Below are positions 23,800 to 35,402 of a stretch of 64,000 bases of DNA, one piece after another; positions within the stretch are counted from its first letter, which is position 1; every line of letters begins with the position of its first letter. A program made the position numbers and the translations under genes. A model generated the notes under the pieces. It did not search any database and was not told the origin of the DNA. It saw only the letters and a program-made list of their open reading frames with translations. The DNA is from Octopus sinensis (taxonomy: Eukaryota), in the NCBI RefSeq assembly GCF_006345805.1, contig NC_042997.1:83700001-83764000 (forward strand), in the 5' to 3' direction.

Positions 23800-24540
23800 A
23801 GTTTTTTTTTACTGCTTTCATTCATTGAACTATGTAGCTATGCTGAGAGCTGCTCTGAGCACCACCTTGATAGGGATAATCAAACAGGGTGACCCCGGTA
23901 TTCATTTTTAAAGTCTGGTACTGGTACTTATTCTATTGGTTTCTTTTGCAAAACCACTAAGTTATGGGGATGTAAACAAACCAACACAGATTTTTGAGCA
24001 GTGGTAATGGCAGGGGGTGGGAATGACAAATGCAAAGACATACACATACAAATAGCAAATTCACTCACAAGTTACTAGTTGACACAGAGCTATTGTGGAA
24101 GACACTTGCTCAAGGTGCTGTGCAGTAGGATTGAACCTGAAACCATGTGGTTGCAAAATGAGCTTTTTAACCACATAGCTAAAATTTTGACAGGAAATTT
24201 TTTAGTATATAATGAATATGAGGAAAACAAACATTCATGGTCTCCAAATTTCCAATGTAAATTTTCCTTTTAAACATACCTTGCAATGACCAATGTCATA
24301 TGAGTGAATTTGGTAGATGGAAACTGTGTGGAAGTCTACCATAGATATGTGTGTATATATATATCTTTATGTTTACCCTCTTCCCATACCACTTGATATC
24401 TAGTGTTGGTTTACTTACATCCCTGTAACTTAGTGTTTCAGTAAAAAGACTGACAGAATAAGTATGAGACTTAAAAATCAAGCACTGGGGTTAATTTGTT
24501 CAACTGAACACTTCAAGGCAGTGCCCCATAGTCTAATGAT
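23800..24540. mobile_element. Divergent SINE family A pair (- 23800-24180, + 24300-24540)
   Basis: Family A motifs (aattcactcacaag; tgagtgaatttggtagatggaaactg). Confidence 0.8.
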
Positions 24541-24619
24541 CTGTTGTCTGAGGTGGCATGGATAAACTGATACTTCTAAAACAATGGTGATGATATTTAT
24601 GATATTGATATATTTAATA

Positions 24620-25002
24620 CTAGCAGTATCGCCCGGCGTTGCTCGGGTTTGTAAGGGAAATAACTATATAAGCATTTTTAGAGATGTAAAGTATAATAGC
24701 CATCTCAATATGGCTAACTGTTACTGTAGCCTTTTACGTTCTGAGATTTAATAATACATTTTTAGAGAGTTACTTCCCTTATATAATAGCAAAAAATGCA
24801 TTAAAAATGGGAAAAAAATGATGGTAAATTTTTTTTAAAATCGTAGACTCATCGTAGATGCGCACTATTACCCAAAAGGGCTCGATATGAATCCTGACTA
24901 TAAGATACCCGCTTTTGGCTACACTGCACCGCAAAATGTGGGAGTAGTTAGGAATCTAAATCGTAGGAGACAGACACACAACTTCACTTTTATATATAAA
25001 GA
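24620..25002 (-). mobile_element. Non-autonomous Helitron
   Basis: Minus strand starts TCtttatatataaaag and ends with hairpin cccgagcaacgccggg plus cgatactgCTAG; CpG-rich. Confidence 0.88.
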
Positions 25003-25005
25003 CTA

Positions 25006-25218
25006 GGTTCAAATTTTGGCACAAGGCCATCAAGCCTGGGGTAGGTGGTAAGTTGATAACATTGACCCCAGTGTTCAACTGAATCTTATTTTATTGACCC
25101 TGAAGGGATGAAAGGCAAAGATGACCTCAGTGGAATCTGAACTCAGAACATAAAGACAGATGAAATGCTGCTAAGCACTTTGTACAGCATGCTAACAATT
25201 CTGCCAGCTTGCCACCTT
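25006..25218 (-). mobile_element. SINE family B
   Basis: ttcaaattttggcacaaggcc..ttctgccagcttgccacctt. Confidence 0.85.
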
Positions 25219-25909
25219 GATATATTATAAAATATTGAGAACCCAAGCATAAGAATGGCTTTGTTAAATCAATCCATAATGAATTTGTATACCTTCTGTG
25301 TGTCAGGGATGTGTATAAGAGAGAGAGAGAAGTGAGAAAGAGGGTCTGAAGAAAAAAAAGAGAGGAGTAATGATGTAATTATTTGTTTAAAAATATATTT
25401 ATATTTAGTAATATTTCAATATGAATCTTCATAAAATGTATAAGCATGTTTGATATTAATATTTTCATGTTCTCTTTTTCTTATTTAAATTTGTATGTAT
25501 GTATGTATACATACATACATACATATATATTTATTTATTTATTTATTTATTTCAATATCACCTCTTCATGTGTAACAATCAATTGATTAGCCAGTCTTTT
25601 CATCTAGCCATCAATTTAATTGCCTGTTAGCTAATCTATTTCTATTCATTTACCTATCTATGTCTGTCCACTATTCTGTCTATCAATTTATCTGTTTATT
25701 ATCTACCTGTATATCTATCCTCCAGTCTGTCCATCTGTCTCTACCTGTTTGTCTATCTTCAGTTTGCCTATTTGTTTGGTTATCTCTCTGTCTATCTACT
25801 TTATCATCTATCTGTACATCATTCCATCTATCTATTTACCAGTTTAGGGATAAATCCATTAATCCATCTGTCTCTCAGCCTTCTATCAATATGTTTAACT
25901 ATCTAACAA

Positions 25910-26142
25910 CATTGTTATATTATAAGTGATCATATCTTGCCAATTAAAACATGCACTATATATTTGGTCTTCACTTATACAACAGAATATAATGTTTTTC
26001 AACATCTTACTAACCTGGTGAAGACCAAATATATAATGCACATGTTTAATTGGCAAAATATGACCATTCTTAAGTATAACACTATCTGTTTCAACACACA
26101 ATTTCACATCAAGAATGTTGCAAAACACATCCATAAATGTAA
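25910..26142 (-). mobile_element. Family J fold-back insertion with 10-bp TSD
   Basis: Arms ~25912-25974 and 26018-26082; tatctaacaa at 25900-25909 and 26143-26152. Confidence 0.7.
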
Positions 26143-26434
26143 TATCTAACAATACTTTTCATTCTTGATCCCAACACAACTAACCACACATACAACTTAA
26201 TGTCATTTATTGGGATAATAACTCAAAAGAGTGCACACCTAAACACAAGGTTGCAATAGATGATGTCAGTATAAGTGTTGTAAGGTAGAACAAAGATATA
26301 TATTTATCTTTAATAAAAATTACATAAAAATGCCTATTCATCAATCCTGGAGCTCTTAAATCAGAGTTCCATTATGCTTATTAATATATTGAAATGGAAT
26401 TCAACCTACCCAATAGATCTCTTCTCCGATTATA

Positions 26435-26790
26435 ATATCTTTTATCTTTTATTTATTTCAGTCACTGGATGCAGCCATGTTGAGGTACTGCCTTGAAGGG
26501 TTTACCTGAATAAATCAACCCCAGTAAGTATTTTAAAGTCAGCTACTTATTTAATTGGCCTCTTTTTACTGAACTTCTAAGTTACAGGGACATAAACAAA
26601 CCAATACCAGGTGGTGGTGAGAGACAAACACACACACACGCATGACATGCTTCTTTCAGTTTCCATCTCACAAGGCTTTGGTTGGCCAGGGGCTATTGTA
26701 GAAGATACTTGCCTAAGGTGCCACATAGTGTGACTGAACTCAAGATGACATAGCTGGAAAGCAAGCTTCATACCACATAGCCACACCATG
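26435..26790 (-). mobile_element. SINE family A
   Basis: tttcagtcactggatgcagccatg..accacatagccacacc. Confidence 0.85.
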
Positions 26791-27561
26791 GAATTTTTCA
26801 GTACCAAATACATTGTGAAGCACAGTGCCTATAAGTAAGATTAAGATACTAATTTTGGTAGCCCATAAACCTAATAGAATATGCTGTGACCCTACTTTTT
26901 AAAGGGACCTTGCTATACTTGCTTCAACTCTTATTAAAAACTGGGTATTTGAGATTGATCCAATGCTCTTCAAATTAAATACCAGCAAGATATCAATCCT
27001 GATTGTCACTTTGCATTTCCTTTAATACCTATAATACCTTCAGCTCTTTTATGACTGACTGAATGCTTAAGATTGATCCCAAACTTGGAATACTTCTGAG
27101 AACCAATGCATTTTAAATTAAACAAATTACAGTAATCAGATCAAATGACAGCAGTAAACGACCAGACACACTTCGTTTTTATCAGAGGTTAATTAATAGA
27201 CTTGCCATTTTATTCCTCTGTCTTGATGCATTAAACTTGTCATATAATAATAAGGCTTAATTAGTATTTTTCTCATAAATAAGACCAGTTGAATGAATCA
27301 CTAATGCCAGGAAGTTCCTACCTGGCCACCCCACTACTGTACACAACACAAATATGGTAACTGTTAGTTCTATATATGCAATCAAGAATTTTCATTGATT
27401 CGACTGTCTTGATGTTTGTATGCATCTCCCTCTCTCTCTCTCTTCCCCTGCAATGTACTTATGTACATTCGTAAATACACATGCACACATCTACAAACAC
27501 ATACACACATTTATGTGTGTGCTTATATACATACCTATATGTAAGTAAATATATATATATA

Positions 27562-27900
27562 TAGGTGTGGCTATGTGGTAAGAAGCTTGCTTTCCAACCA
27601 CATGGCTCTGGGTTCAGTCCCACTGTGTGGCATCTTGAGCAAGTGTTTTTTTACAATAGCTCAGGGCCAACCAAAGCCTTGTGAGTGGATTTGGTAGAAG
27701 GAAACTGAAAGATGCGCATTGTGTGTGTGTGTGTACTTGTCCTCCACCACTGCTTGACAGCCAGTGTTGGTGTATTTACGTTCAGCAAAAGAGATTGATT
27801 AAGGAAGTGCTAGGCTTAACAAAAATAAGTACCGGGGTCAAATCATTCAACTAAAAATTCTTCAAGACAGTGTCCCAGCATGGCTGCAAATGGTTGAATA
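27562..27900 (+). mobile_element. SINE family A
   Basis: ggtgtggctatgtggtaagaagcttgc..cccagcatggctgc. Confidence 0.88.
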
Positions 27901-27917
27901 ATGATGATGATTATGAT

Positions 27918-28020
27918 GAGAGAGAGAGAACATAGAGAGAGAGAGAGGGGGAGAGAGAGAGAACATAGAGGAGAGAGGGAGAGAGAGAAAGAACATAGAG
28001 GAGAGAGGGAGAGAGAGAGA
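27918..28020. repeat. GA-rich ~30-bp minisatellite, three units
   Basis: gaacatagag..gagagagggagagagaga repeated. Confidence 0.8.
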
Positions 28021-29109
28021 ATAAGCAAATTAGAGAGATAAGAAGAAACCAAGACAAAAATTGATAGACAAAGACACCGACACACACACACAAACACACA
28101 TGCGTACACATGCAGAATCACTCAGTTCATACACTGCGACTGCATTCTTACAGTTGTTATCTTTGTATCCCTACCAACTCCAGATGAGGATGAAATAAGG
28201 CTCAATAAAGAAACTGCCTCATAGATTTTGTTCCTTTCCCTCCTCTTTTTTTTTTCCCTTTTTTTTATTTATTTATTTCTTTATCAGTGCCAACTGTGCA
28301 ATCTTCCTGACACTTTTGACAGATGTTTCACTGTGCAAGAAACATCATTTCCTTATTATAGTTAAAGAATACACACTAGTAACTTACTCCCCCTCACAGA
28401 AACCATCGCCACGCTACAACGACCCCCACCACCATCACCATAGACACATTGAAGAAAGTGGTAGGAGGTCTGGAGATGTATTTTATCTAGCTTTATCAGC
28501 TGTATAGAAATTTCAGCTGCACATGAACTAACACATACTCGCAGCCAAGCACACAAAAATACACACACACAGTCACACACAAATACAAGCTTGTACACAT
28601 TCAGAATGTACACAAACACACATACACACAAAGTATAACTGTGGTGAGTGCTGAAGTATGGGTGGTAAGTGCCACCCGCTGTCACTGCCCATTCTGTCAT
28701 TGAGAATTGTGAATATGTGATGACCAGATTTGATTGGTAATAGTGACGTAGTTCTCAGACTTTTATCACTCTTCTTCATACCAGCTAATGTTGTTAAAAA
28801 AGGCATAAACATCACAACTCCTATTCTATTCACTGATATGAACAGGGTCTAATTACCTGTTGGCAGATATTTCAGATGCTAAAAAGGTCGCTAAATCTTT
28901 TACCTTTTCCTTGTTTCAGTCAGTGGACTGCAGCCTTGCTGGAGCAATGAATTTAAGGGCTTTTAGTCAAACAAATTGGAGAAACAGATAGACAGACAGA
29001 TAGATAGAATGTTATATAAGGTTTTTTTTATAAATTTGTAATAACTTATCTCTCATATGTATTTTATTAAAATAATATCCCCTTAGTATATCACTTTAAC
29101 CCTAAATTC

Positions 29110-29148
<39 letters not shown>

Positions 29149-29962
29149 TATATGAATTCACCTACATTTTGTTTTGTTTTTGTTTTATTAATATACATTT
29201 TATATTTATGTATGTGTATGTATGTGTGTATATATATATATATATGTATATATGTGTGTTTGTATATATATTTGCCTAATTTGTTTTATTTCATCGGTTA
29301 TCAATTAACCAACCATACATAACTGAGACAAAGACATTCAAAACAATTGATGACCAATTAGATTACGTAACTGAACAAAAATAACCCCTCCCCACTTCCT
29401 GCAAGTTTTCAACTACTGCATAAAGAAAAAAATAATGGAGAAATAAACATCGCATTTATATGAAAATCTATATAAGTTTGTGTATTATTGTTATAATTAT
29501 ATTATATAATTATAATGATACAAACTACTGCACTTATCCTCCTTCTAAACACATATAATACATATGTATCTATGAGTATGTTTGAGCGGAAATATATATG
29601 TATATATATATACATAAGTGTGTGCGTGTGTGTATGTGTGTATATATATATGTATATTCCTCATGTATATGCAGTTTCATTCTTACATAACTAAAATAAC
29701 TTTAAGATATATTGATTTTATAAATTACAATATTACTCCTCTTAAAACCTTCTCATACCTCTGTTTATATTTTATCTAATATGAATAATATAATGCATCT
29801 AATAATAATAATAACTGATTCTTGTGTATGCATATACATGCAAAGATGTATGTACATTTAAGTGTAGTTATATGTATTTATGTATATTTATGTATATGTA
29901 TGTATAAGTATGTATATGTGTGTGTATTTATATTTATAACTTAACCTTATGTACTTTCTAAA

Positions 29963-30086
29963 ATCTCTGATGAAGCCTAGAGAAACACCCAAGTACCTCA
30001 GTTTCATCTACTAATTACTTCAGTCCACTGGGGAGATAAAGGGAGAATGAGGTATTTCTGCCTCTTGGCTGAAGCAGCTGTAAGAT
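29963..30086 (+). ncRNA. Type I hammerhead ribozyme variant with long stem II insert (GAAA core reads GAAG)
   Basis: atct-CTGATGA (29967-29973)-agcctagag..agtacctca..tgaggtatt..ctcttggct-GAAG-cagctg-TA-agat; palindromic cagctg in stem III. Confidence 0.65.
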
Positions 30087-30296
30087 ATTATCCCAATTTC
30101 TATTGCTATATGTTATATATTTCAATAATTACTGATATTTTTATATTTTATATATTATATATGTAAAGCATAATACGTTATACATGTATGTATATTGTTA
30201 TAATTGTCCTTTTAGCAAATAAATAAATAAATTGACATAATATAATGTCTAAAAGTTGATGGATACCACCTATTGATCCCCTCCATTTTCTTATTG

Positions 30297-30380
<84 letters not shown>
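30297..30380. repeat. (CT)n(TA)n microsatellite
   Basis: Direct observation. Confidence 0.9.
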
Positions 30381-30764
30381 CTAGCAGTATCGCCCGGCGT
30401 TGCTCAGGTTGTAAGGGAAATAACTATAAAGCATTTTTAGAGAGTTATAGCCAAAAAATAGCAAAAAAATGGGAAAAAAATGATGGTAAATTTTTTTTTG
30501 AGAGTTAAAAAAGGTGGAGTTGCGTCCCCATGACGGTCTGTGGTTTGGGTTCCTGATTCTCGACCCCATGTCGAATTTATCGATGTTTTTCAGAACTGGG
30601 GGAACTTTTCAAAATTTTCGCTGCATTAGTTTTGAATTATGACATTGGGCTATGTGTGTGTCAAGTTTCATCAGAATCGGTTGAAAGCCGTGGTCAGAGT
30701 GAGGGTATGAGAAAACAGACACACAGAAAACGCACAGACAAACTGCCGTTTATATAGAGAGAGA
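30381..30764 (-). mobile_element. Non-autonomous Helitron, second type
   Basis: Minus strand TCtctctctatataaacgg..cctgagcaacgccgggcgatactgCTAG, inserted between A and T; shares its 3' end with the 24620 copy. Confidence 0.88.
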
Positions 30765-30766
30765 TA

Positions 30767-30856
30767 TACGAGGCAGTGCTGTAAAGTTTCTGGCTTTTAA
30801 GATAATTCAAAAGGCTTGGTTAGAAGCCCAAACTTCCACATTCTTTTACAGGGCAT
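30767..30856 (+). mobile_element. Mariner-derived MITE fragment
   Basis: tacgaggcagtgctgtaaagtttctggc..ttcttttacagggc, homologous to 37597-37685. Confidence 0.7.
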
Positions 30857-31059
30857 GTTCAATATACATTTATAGTGAATTTCTTAGAGAATTCTATTTA
30901 CATATTTAATGTGAACATAGTACACTGAAATTCATTGTGACTAATTCCTGGATATTAACATGAAATGATGGTACAGAAGTTGCTTGAATTGCTGCACATG
31001 TTCAAGTCTTGTTCACTTATTGATGTAGAATGCTTAACTGTTTTTAAAAAACAAAGGAA

Positions 31060-31575
31060 TAGGTGCAACCATGGCTGTGTGGTAAGACGCTTACTTCCCA
31101 GTCTTATCATTCCATGTTCTGTCCCAGTGTGTGGCACCTTGAGTATGTGTTTTCTACTATAGGTTTGGACTAACCAATGCCTTGCGAGTGGATTTGGTAG
31201 ATGGAAACTGAAACCTGTCATGTATATACATCTGTGTTTCTGTGTGTGTATGCATACTGGCCTGAAGGGTTTTAGTTGAAGAAATCAACCCCAGTACTTA
31301 TTTTTTAAGCCTAGTACTTATTCTATCAGTCTCTATTGTTAAGCCACTAAGTTACGGTGACATAAACACACCAACACTGGTTGTTAAGTGATGATGAGGG
31401 GACAGACACAGATACAAACACACACACACACACACATACTCACACATACACATGTACGATGGGCTTCTTTTATCTACCAAATCTACCCACTTCCCCAAAG
31501 TGGCACACAGTGAGACTGAACATGAAATCATGTGGTTGAAAAGCAAGATTCTTACCACAGCGATGCCTGTGCCTA
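31060..31575. mobile_element. Convergent SINE family A pieces (+ 31060-31250, - 31255-31575)
   Basis: Family A heads at both outer ends. Confidence 0.85.
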
Positions 31576-31637
31576 TTAATGAAGGATGTTAAAAAAACAA
31601 TAAATTTCACATACAAAGACTTCGAAATGCAAGAAGG

Positions 31638-31863
31638 GTTTATCCTTTTTGAAATCGCCTGAGACCACCCATGGTTCTGTTATGCAAACTTCCTGTTTTA
31701 CAGTTATTTAAAGAAAAACCTTAGTCAAACTTTTATGTTAAAAACACCAGCTTAATAATGATAATGACAAAGTTATTTTTATAAAATTCTTAATTATTTT
31801 AAAAATTAATTGAAATAAAGGTAGTGTACTTTTCAACAGAAAATATGATAATATAAAGGTTAA
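31638..31863. mobile_element. Decayed MITE, possibly piggyBac-type
   Basis: Ends ttatcctttt..taaaggTTAA; body differs from family G. Confidence 0.4.
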
Positions 31864-32367
31864 TTAAGTAAAATGACTCTTCACTAATGCTTGGACCTTA
31901 TATAGTTGCTTTTTTGAAGAGATGAATGACAAAGCTGATTTCGACAGAAGTTTGAACTCAGAATGTAGGAAGACGAAATATAAGACATTGTGATCCAGTG
32001 ACTTAAAAGCAATCAATATGATGAAGATGATGATGATGATGATCCCAACAGATAATCATGTCCCAACAAATAATGTATCTTTAAAAGAAAAAGAGAATGC
32101 AAGGGACTCAAAACAAATAATTTGTATAATAGGTGCCTTGGGAATGATTACAAAAACATGAAAACAAATATGTAACTATAATCCTGTAACTTTCAGATAT
32201 GACATTAATATTGCTTTGCATAAATATTACATCAAGTACTGTCAACAGAAAACTAAAAAAAAGCTCTGCATATATCCCAAGTACACAAAGCTGCATTCAG
32301 TTGCACAGTGAAAGCACTCAATAAAATTAAGACTACTGAATAATAATCATAATGATAATAATAATAA

Positions 32368-32580
32368 TAATCCTTTCTACTAAAGGCACAAGGCCTGTAA
32401 TTTTTGGGGAGTGGGCTAGTTTATCACATCAAACCCACTGTTTCACTGGTACTTAATTTATTGACCCCAAAATGACGCAAAGTCAACCTTGGCAGAATTT
32501 GAACTCAGAACGTAGTGGCTGGCGAAACACCACTAAACATTTTGTCTAACATGCTAACAATTCTGCCAGCACACTGCCTT
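32368..32580 (-). mobile_element. SINE family B in (AAT)n
   Basis: taatcctttctactaaaggcacaaggcctg..ttctgccagcacactgcctt. Confidence 0.88.
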
Positions 32581-32657
32581 AATAATAATAATAATGATGA
32601 TGATGATGATATTAACGAGCTGGACCTGTGAACAATTCACGGAAAGCATAAAATATA

Positions 32658-33063
32658 CTCTTTACTCTTTTACTTGTTTCAGTCATTTGACTGCGGCCAT
32701 GCTGGAGCACCGCCTTTAGTCGAGCAAATCGACCCTGGGACTTATTCTTTATAAGCCCAGTACTTATTCTATCGGTCTCTTTTGCCGAACCACTAAGTGA
32801 CGGGGACGTAAACACACCAGCATCGGTTGTCAGGCAATGCTAGGGGGACAAACACAGACACACAAACACACACACACATATATATATATACATATATACG
32901 ACAGGCTTCTTTCAGTTTCCGTCTACCAAATCCACTCACAAGGCATTGGTCGGCCCGGGGCTATAGCAGAAGACACTTGCCCAAGATGCCACGCAGTGGG
33001 ACTGAACCCGGAACTATGTGGTTGGTTAGCAAGCTACTTACCACACAGCCACTTCTGCGCCTA
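32658..33063 (-). mobile_element. Young full-length SINE family A
   Basis: Near reverse complement of 9441-9855; CpGs retained. Confidence 0.93.
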
Positions 33064-33089
33064 TGTAAGCATCTGTAAATTGTGTGCTG

Positions 33090-33290
33090 GTGCCAAGGCC
33101 TGAAATTTTGGTGGAGGGGACTAGTCGATTACATCGACCCCAGAGTTTCACTGGTACTTAATTTATCGATTCCAAAAGGATGAAAGGCAAATTATACCTC
33201 GGCAGAATGTGAACTCAGAACATAAAGACGGGCAAAATATCGCTAAGCATTTTGCCCAACATGCTAATGATTCTGCCAGCTTGCTGCTTT
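33090..33290 (-). mobile_element. SINE family B
   Basis: aaggcctgaaattttggtggaggggactagtcgattacatcgacccc. Confidence 0.88.
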
Positions 33291-33324
33291 TTAAATAATA
33301 ATAATAATAATATTAATAATAATT

Positions 33325-33715
33325 CTGATGCAATATCAGGCAGTTGCTCTCATGGTTTCTGACCTTAACTGATTGGAAGTGTTAACATGTACATATTTTG
33401 TCTTGGTAAAAGAAAGATGGGCTACAACAAATATTCTGCTCAATACCACAGATTTGCTAGACAGTTGCTTGACCATAACCAGTTGAGCTTGTCCCTTAGT
33501 GGCTGACAATATGTGCATCTCTGATCATGAGCAGAATTAGTAGGGGAGCATCATAGTCACATGTTGAGGGGGTTTCTTTGGGGTTTGAATAACTCACCCC
33601 CGTAAACATGGGTGTGTCATTCATTATCCTTAAACAGGGACCTTATTCAGGGACCTTTTAGATAGGCTACTTGACCTGAAGAAAATTCTAATTGGGCCTC
33701 AACTGCAAGGTCATG
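33325..33715. mobile_element. Family I repeat, truncated second copy
   Basis: Homologous to 17311-17690; preceded by (AAT)n. Confidence 0.75.
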
Positions 33716-33861
33716 ATGTTTTTTGACTTTTTAAAATACTTTTATTTTGCAATACTTTTATTTTATTTTGGGATGGGATGTCACCTCGTATATCTAATAT
33801 ACATGAATAAATAAATACAAATATACATATATATATGTGTGTGTGTGTGTGTGTACATAGA

Positions 33862-34492
33862 TAGGCATAGGTTTGGCTGTGGTAAGAAGCTTACTTCCTA
33901 TCTACATGGTTTCAGGTTCAGTCCCACTGCATGACACCTTGGGCCAGTGTCTTCTACTATAGCACAGGGCCAATCAAAGCCTTACGAGTGGATTTGGTAG
34001 ATGGAAACTGAAAGAAGCCTGTCATATGTGTGTGTGTTTCTGTGTGTGTGTGTATTTGTGTCTGTGTTCGTCCCCACACCTAACAACCATTGGTGGTGTC
34101 TTTACATCCCTGTAACTCAGTGGCTTGGTGAAAGAGACCAAAATAAATACCAGGTTTTAAAAAATTTAAGTACTGGGGTTGGTTCATTCGACTTAAATTT
34201 TTTTCAAGGTGGTGCCCCAGTATGGCTGCAGTCTAATGACTGAAACAAGTAAAAGATTAAAAAAAAAAGATAGATATGTGTGTGTGTGTGTCTTTGTGTC
34301 TGTCAACCCCTACCATTTGACAATCAGTGCTGGTTTGTTTATGTCCCTGTAGCATAGTGGTTCAGCACAAAAGACCAATAGAATAAGTACCAGACTCCAA
34401 AAAATTCATATTGTGGGTAATTTGTTCCACTAAATCCTTCAGCACAGTGTTCTGGCATGGCCATGACCCAATGACTGAAACAAGTAAAAGAT
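33862..34492 (+). mobile_element. SINE family A full copy (33862-34265) plus tandem 3' half (34275-34492)
   Basis: Family A motifs; two gactgaaacaagtaaaaga tails. Confidence 0.88.
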
Positions 34493-34497
34493 ATTTC

Positions 34498-34731
34498 GTT
34501 TTTGGATTTGGTTTGCAAGATTCTTTATATGAGTTCGTGTGTTGAAGCATATTCTGTTGTGTCTGGGGAGAGTAATTTTCTTTTTGTGTCTTATGTAACA
34601 CACTCACCAGTAAAATTTCCACTTTTTTCTTATTTTTGTTGTCCCAAAATAAGAAAAAAGTGGAAATTTTACCGGTGAGTGTGTTACATAATAAAGCACA
34701 AAAAGAAAATGACTCTCCCCAGACACAACAG
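34498..34731. mobile_element. Family J-related fold-back insertion, ~85-90-bp arms, 16-bp TSD
   Basis: Arms ~34552-34638 and 34645-34733; aagtaaaagatatttc (34482-34497) and aagtaaaagatacttc (34732-34747). Confidence 0.85.
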
Positions 34732-35059
34732 AAGTAAAAGATACTTCAAAAAGAAAACATAGAAGAAGCTAAAAACAAAAACAAAAAGAAGAAAAAGGAA
34801 GAAATTATAAGATAGACAAGAGAAAATGGAATAATATTTATATCTATTGTAACTGAAGTAGGCATAAATCTAATCCAGTTTTAAGATAATCATTATTAAA
34901 ATAAGCATTTATTCAATATTGGAGTGCTTATCTGGCTTCCAGAAATCCAGGAATATTGTGCAATATACTCTATCATATATTAAGTAAACAGATTTTGCTT
35001 TTTAAGTTCATTAATTTGCATACAATATGTTAAAAATAGCTTCATTACTTCTTTTTTTT

Positions 35060-35345
35060 TATTGTTTTATTCTTTTTTTTATTTGTTTCAGTCATTTGCC
35101 TGCAGCCATGCTGGAGCACTGCCTAAAAGGGTTTTAGTCAAAATAATCAATCCCAGGACTTATTCTTTGTAAGCCTAGTACTTATTCTATCCGTGGCTTT
35201 TGTCAAACTGCTAAGTCACAGGGACATAAACAAGGCTTCAGCTGACTCAAGACCATAGTTGAAGGCACTAGTCCAAGGTGTCACACAGTGGGACTGAACC
35301 TGAAACAATGTGGTTGGGAAGCAAACTTCTTGCCACAGAGCTATG
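35060..35345 (-). mobile_element. SINE family A with internal deletion
   Basis: tgtttcagtcatttgcctgcagccatgctggagc..gtgggactgaacc. Confidence 0.85.
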
Positions 35346-35368
35346 TCTGTGTGTGAGTGGCAGAAATA

Positions 35369-35402
<34 letters not shown>

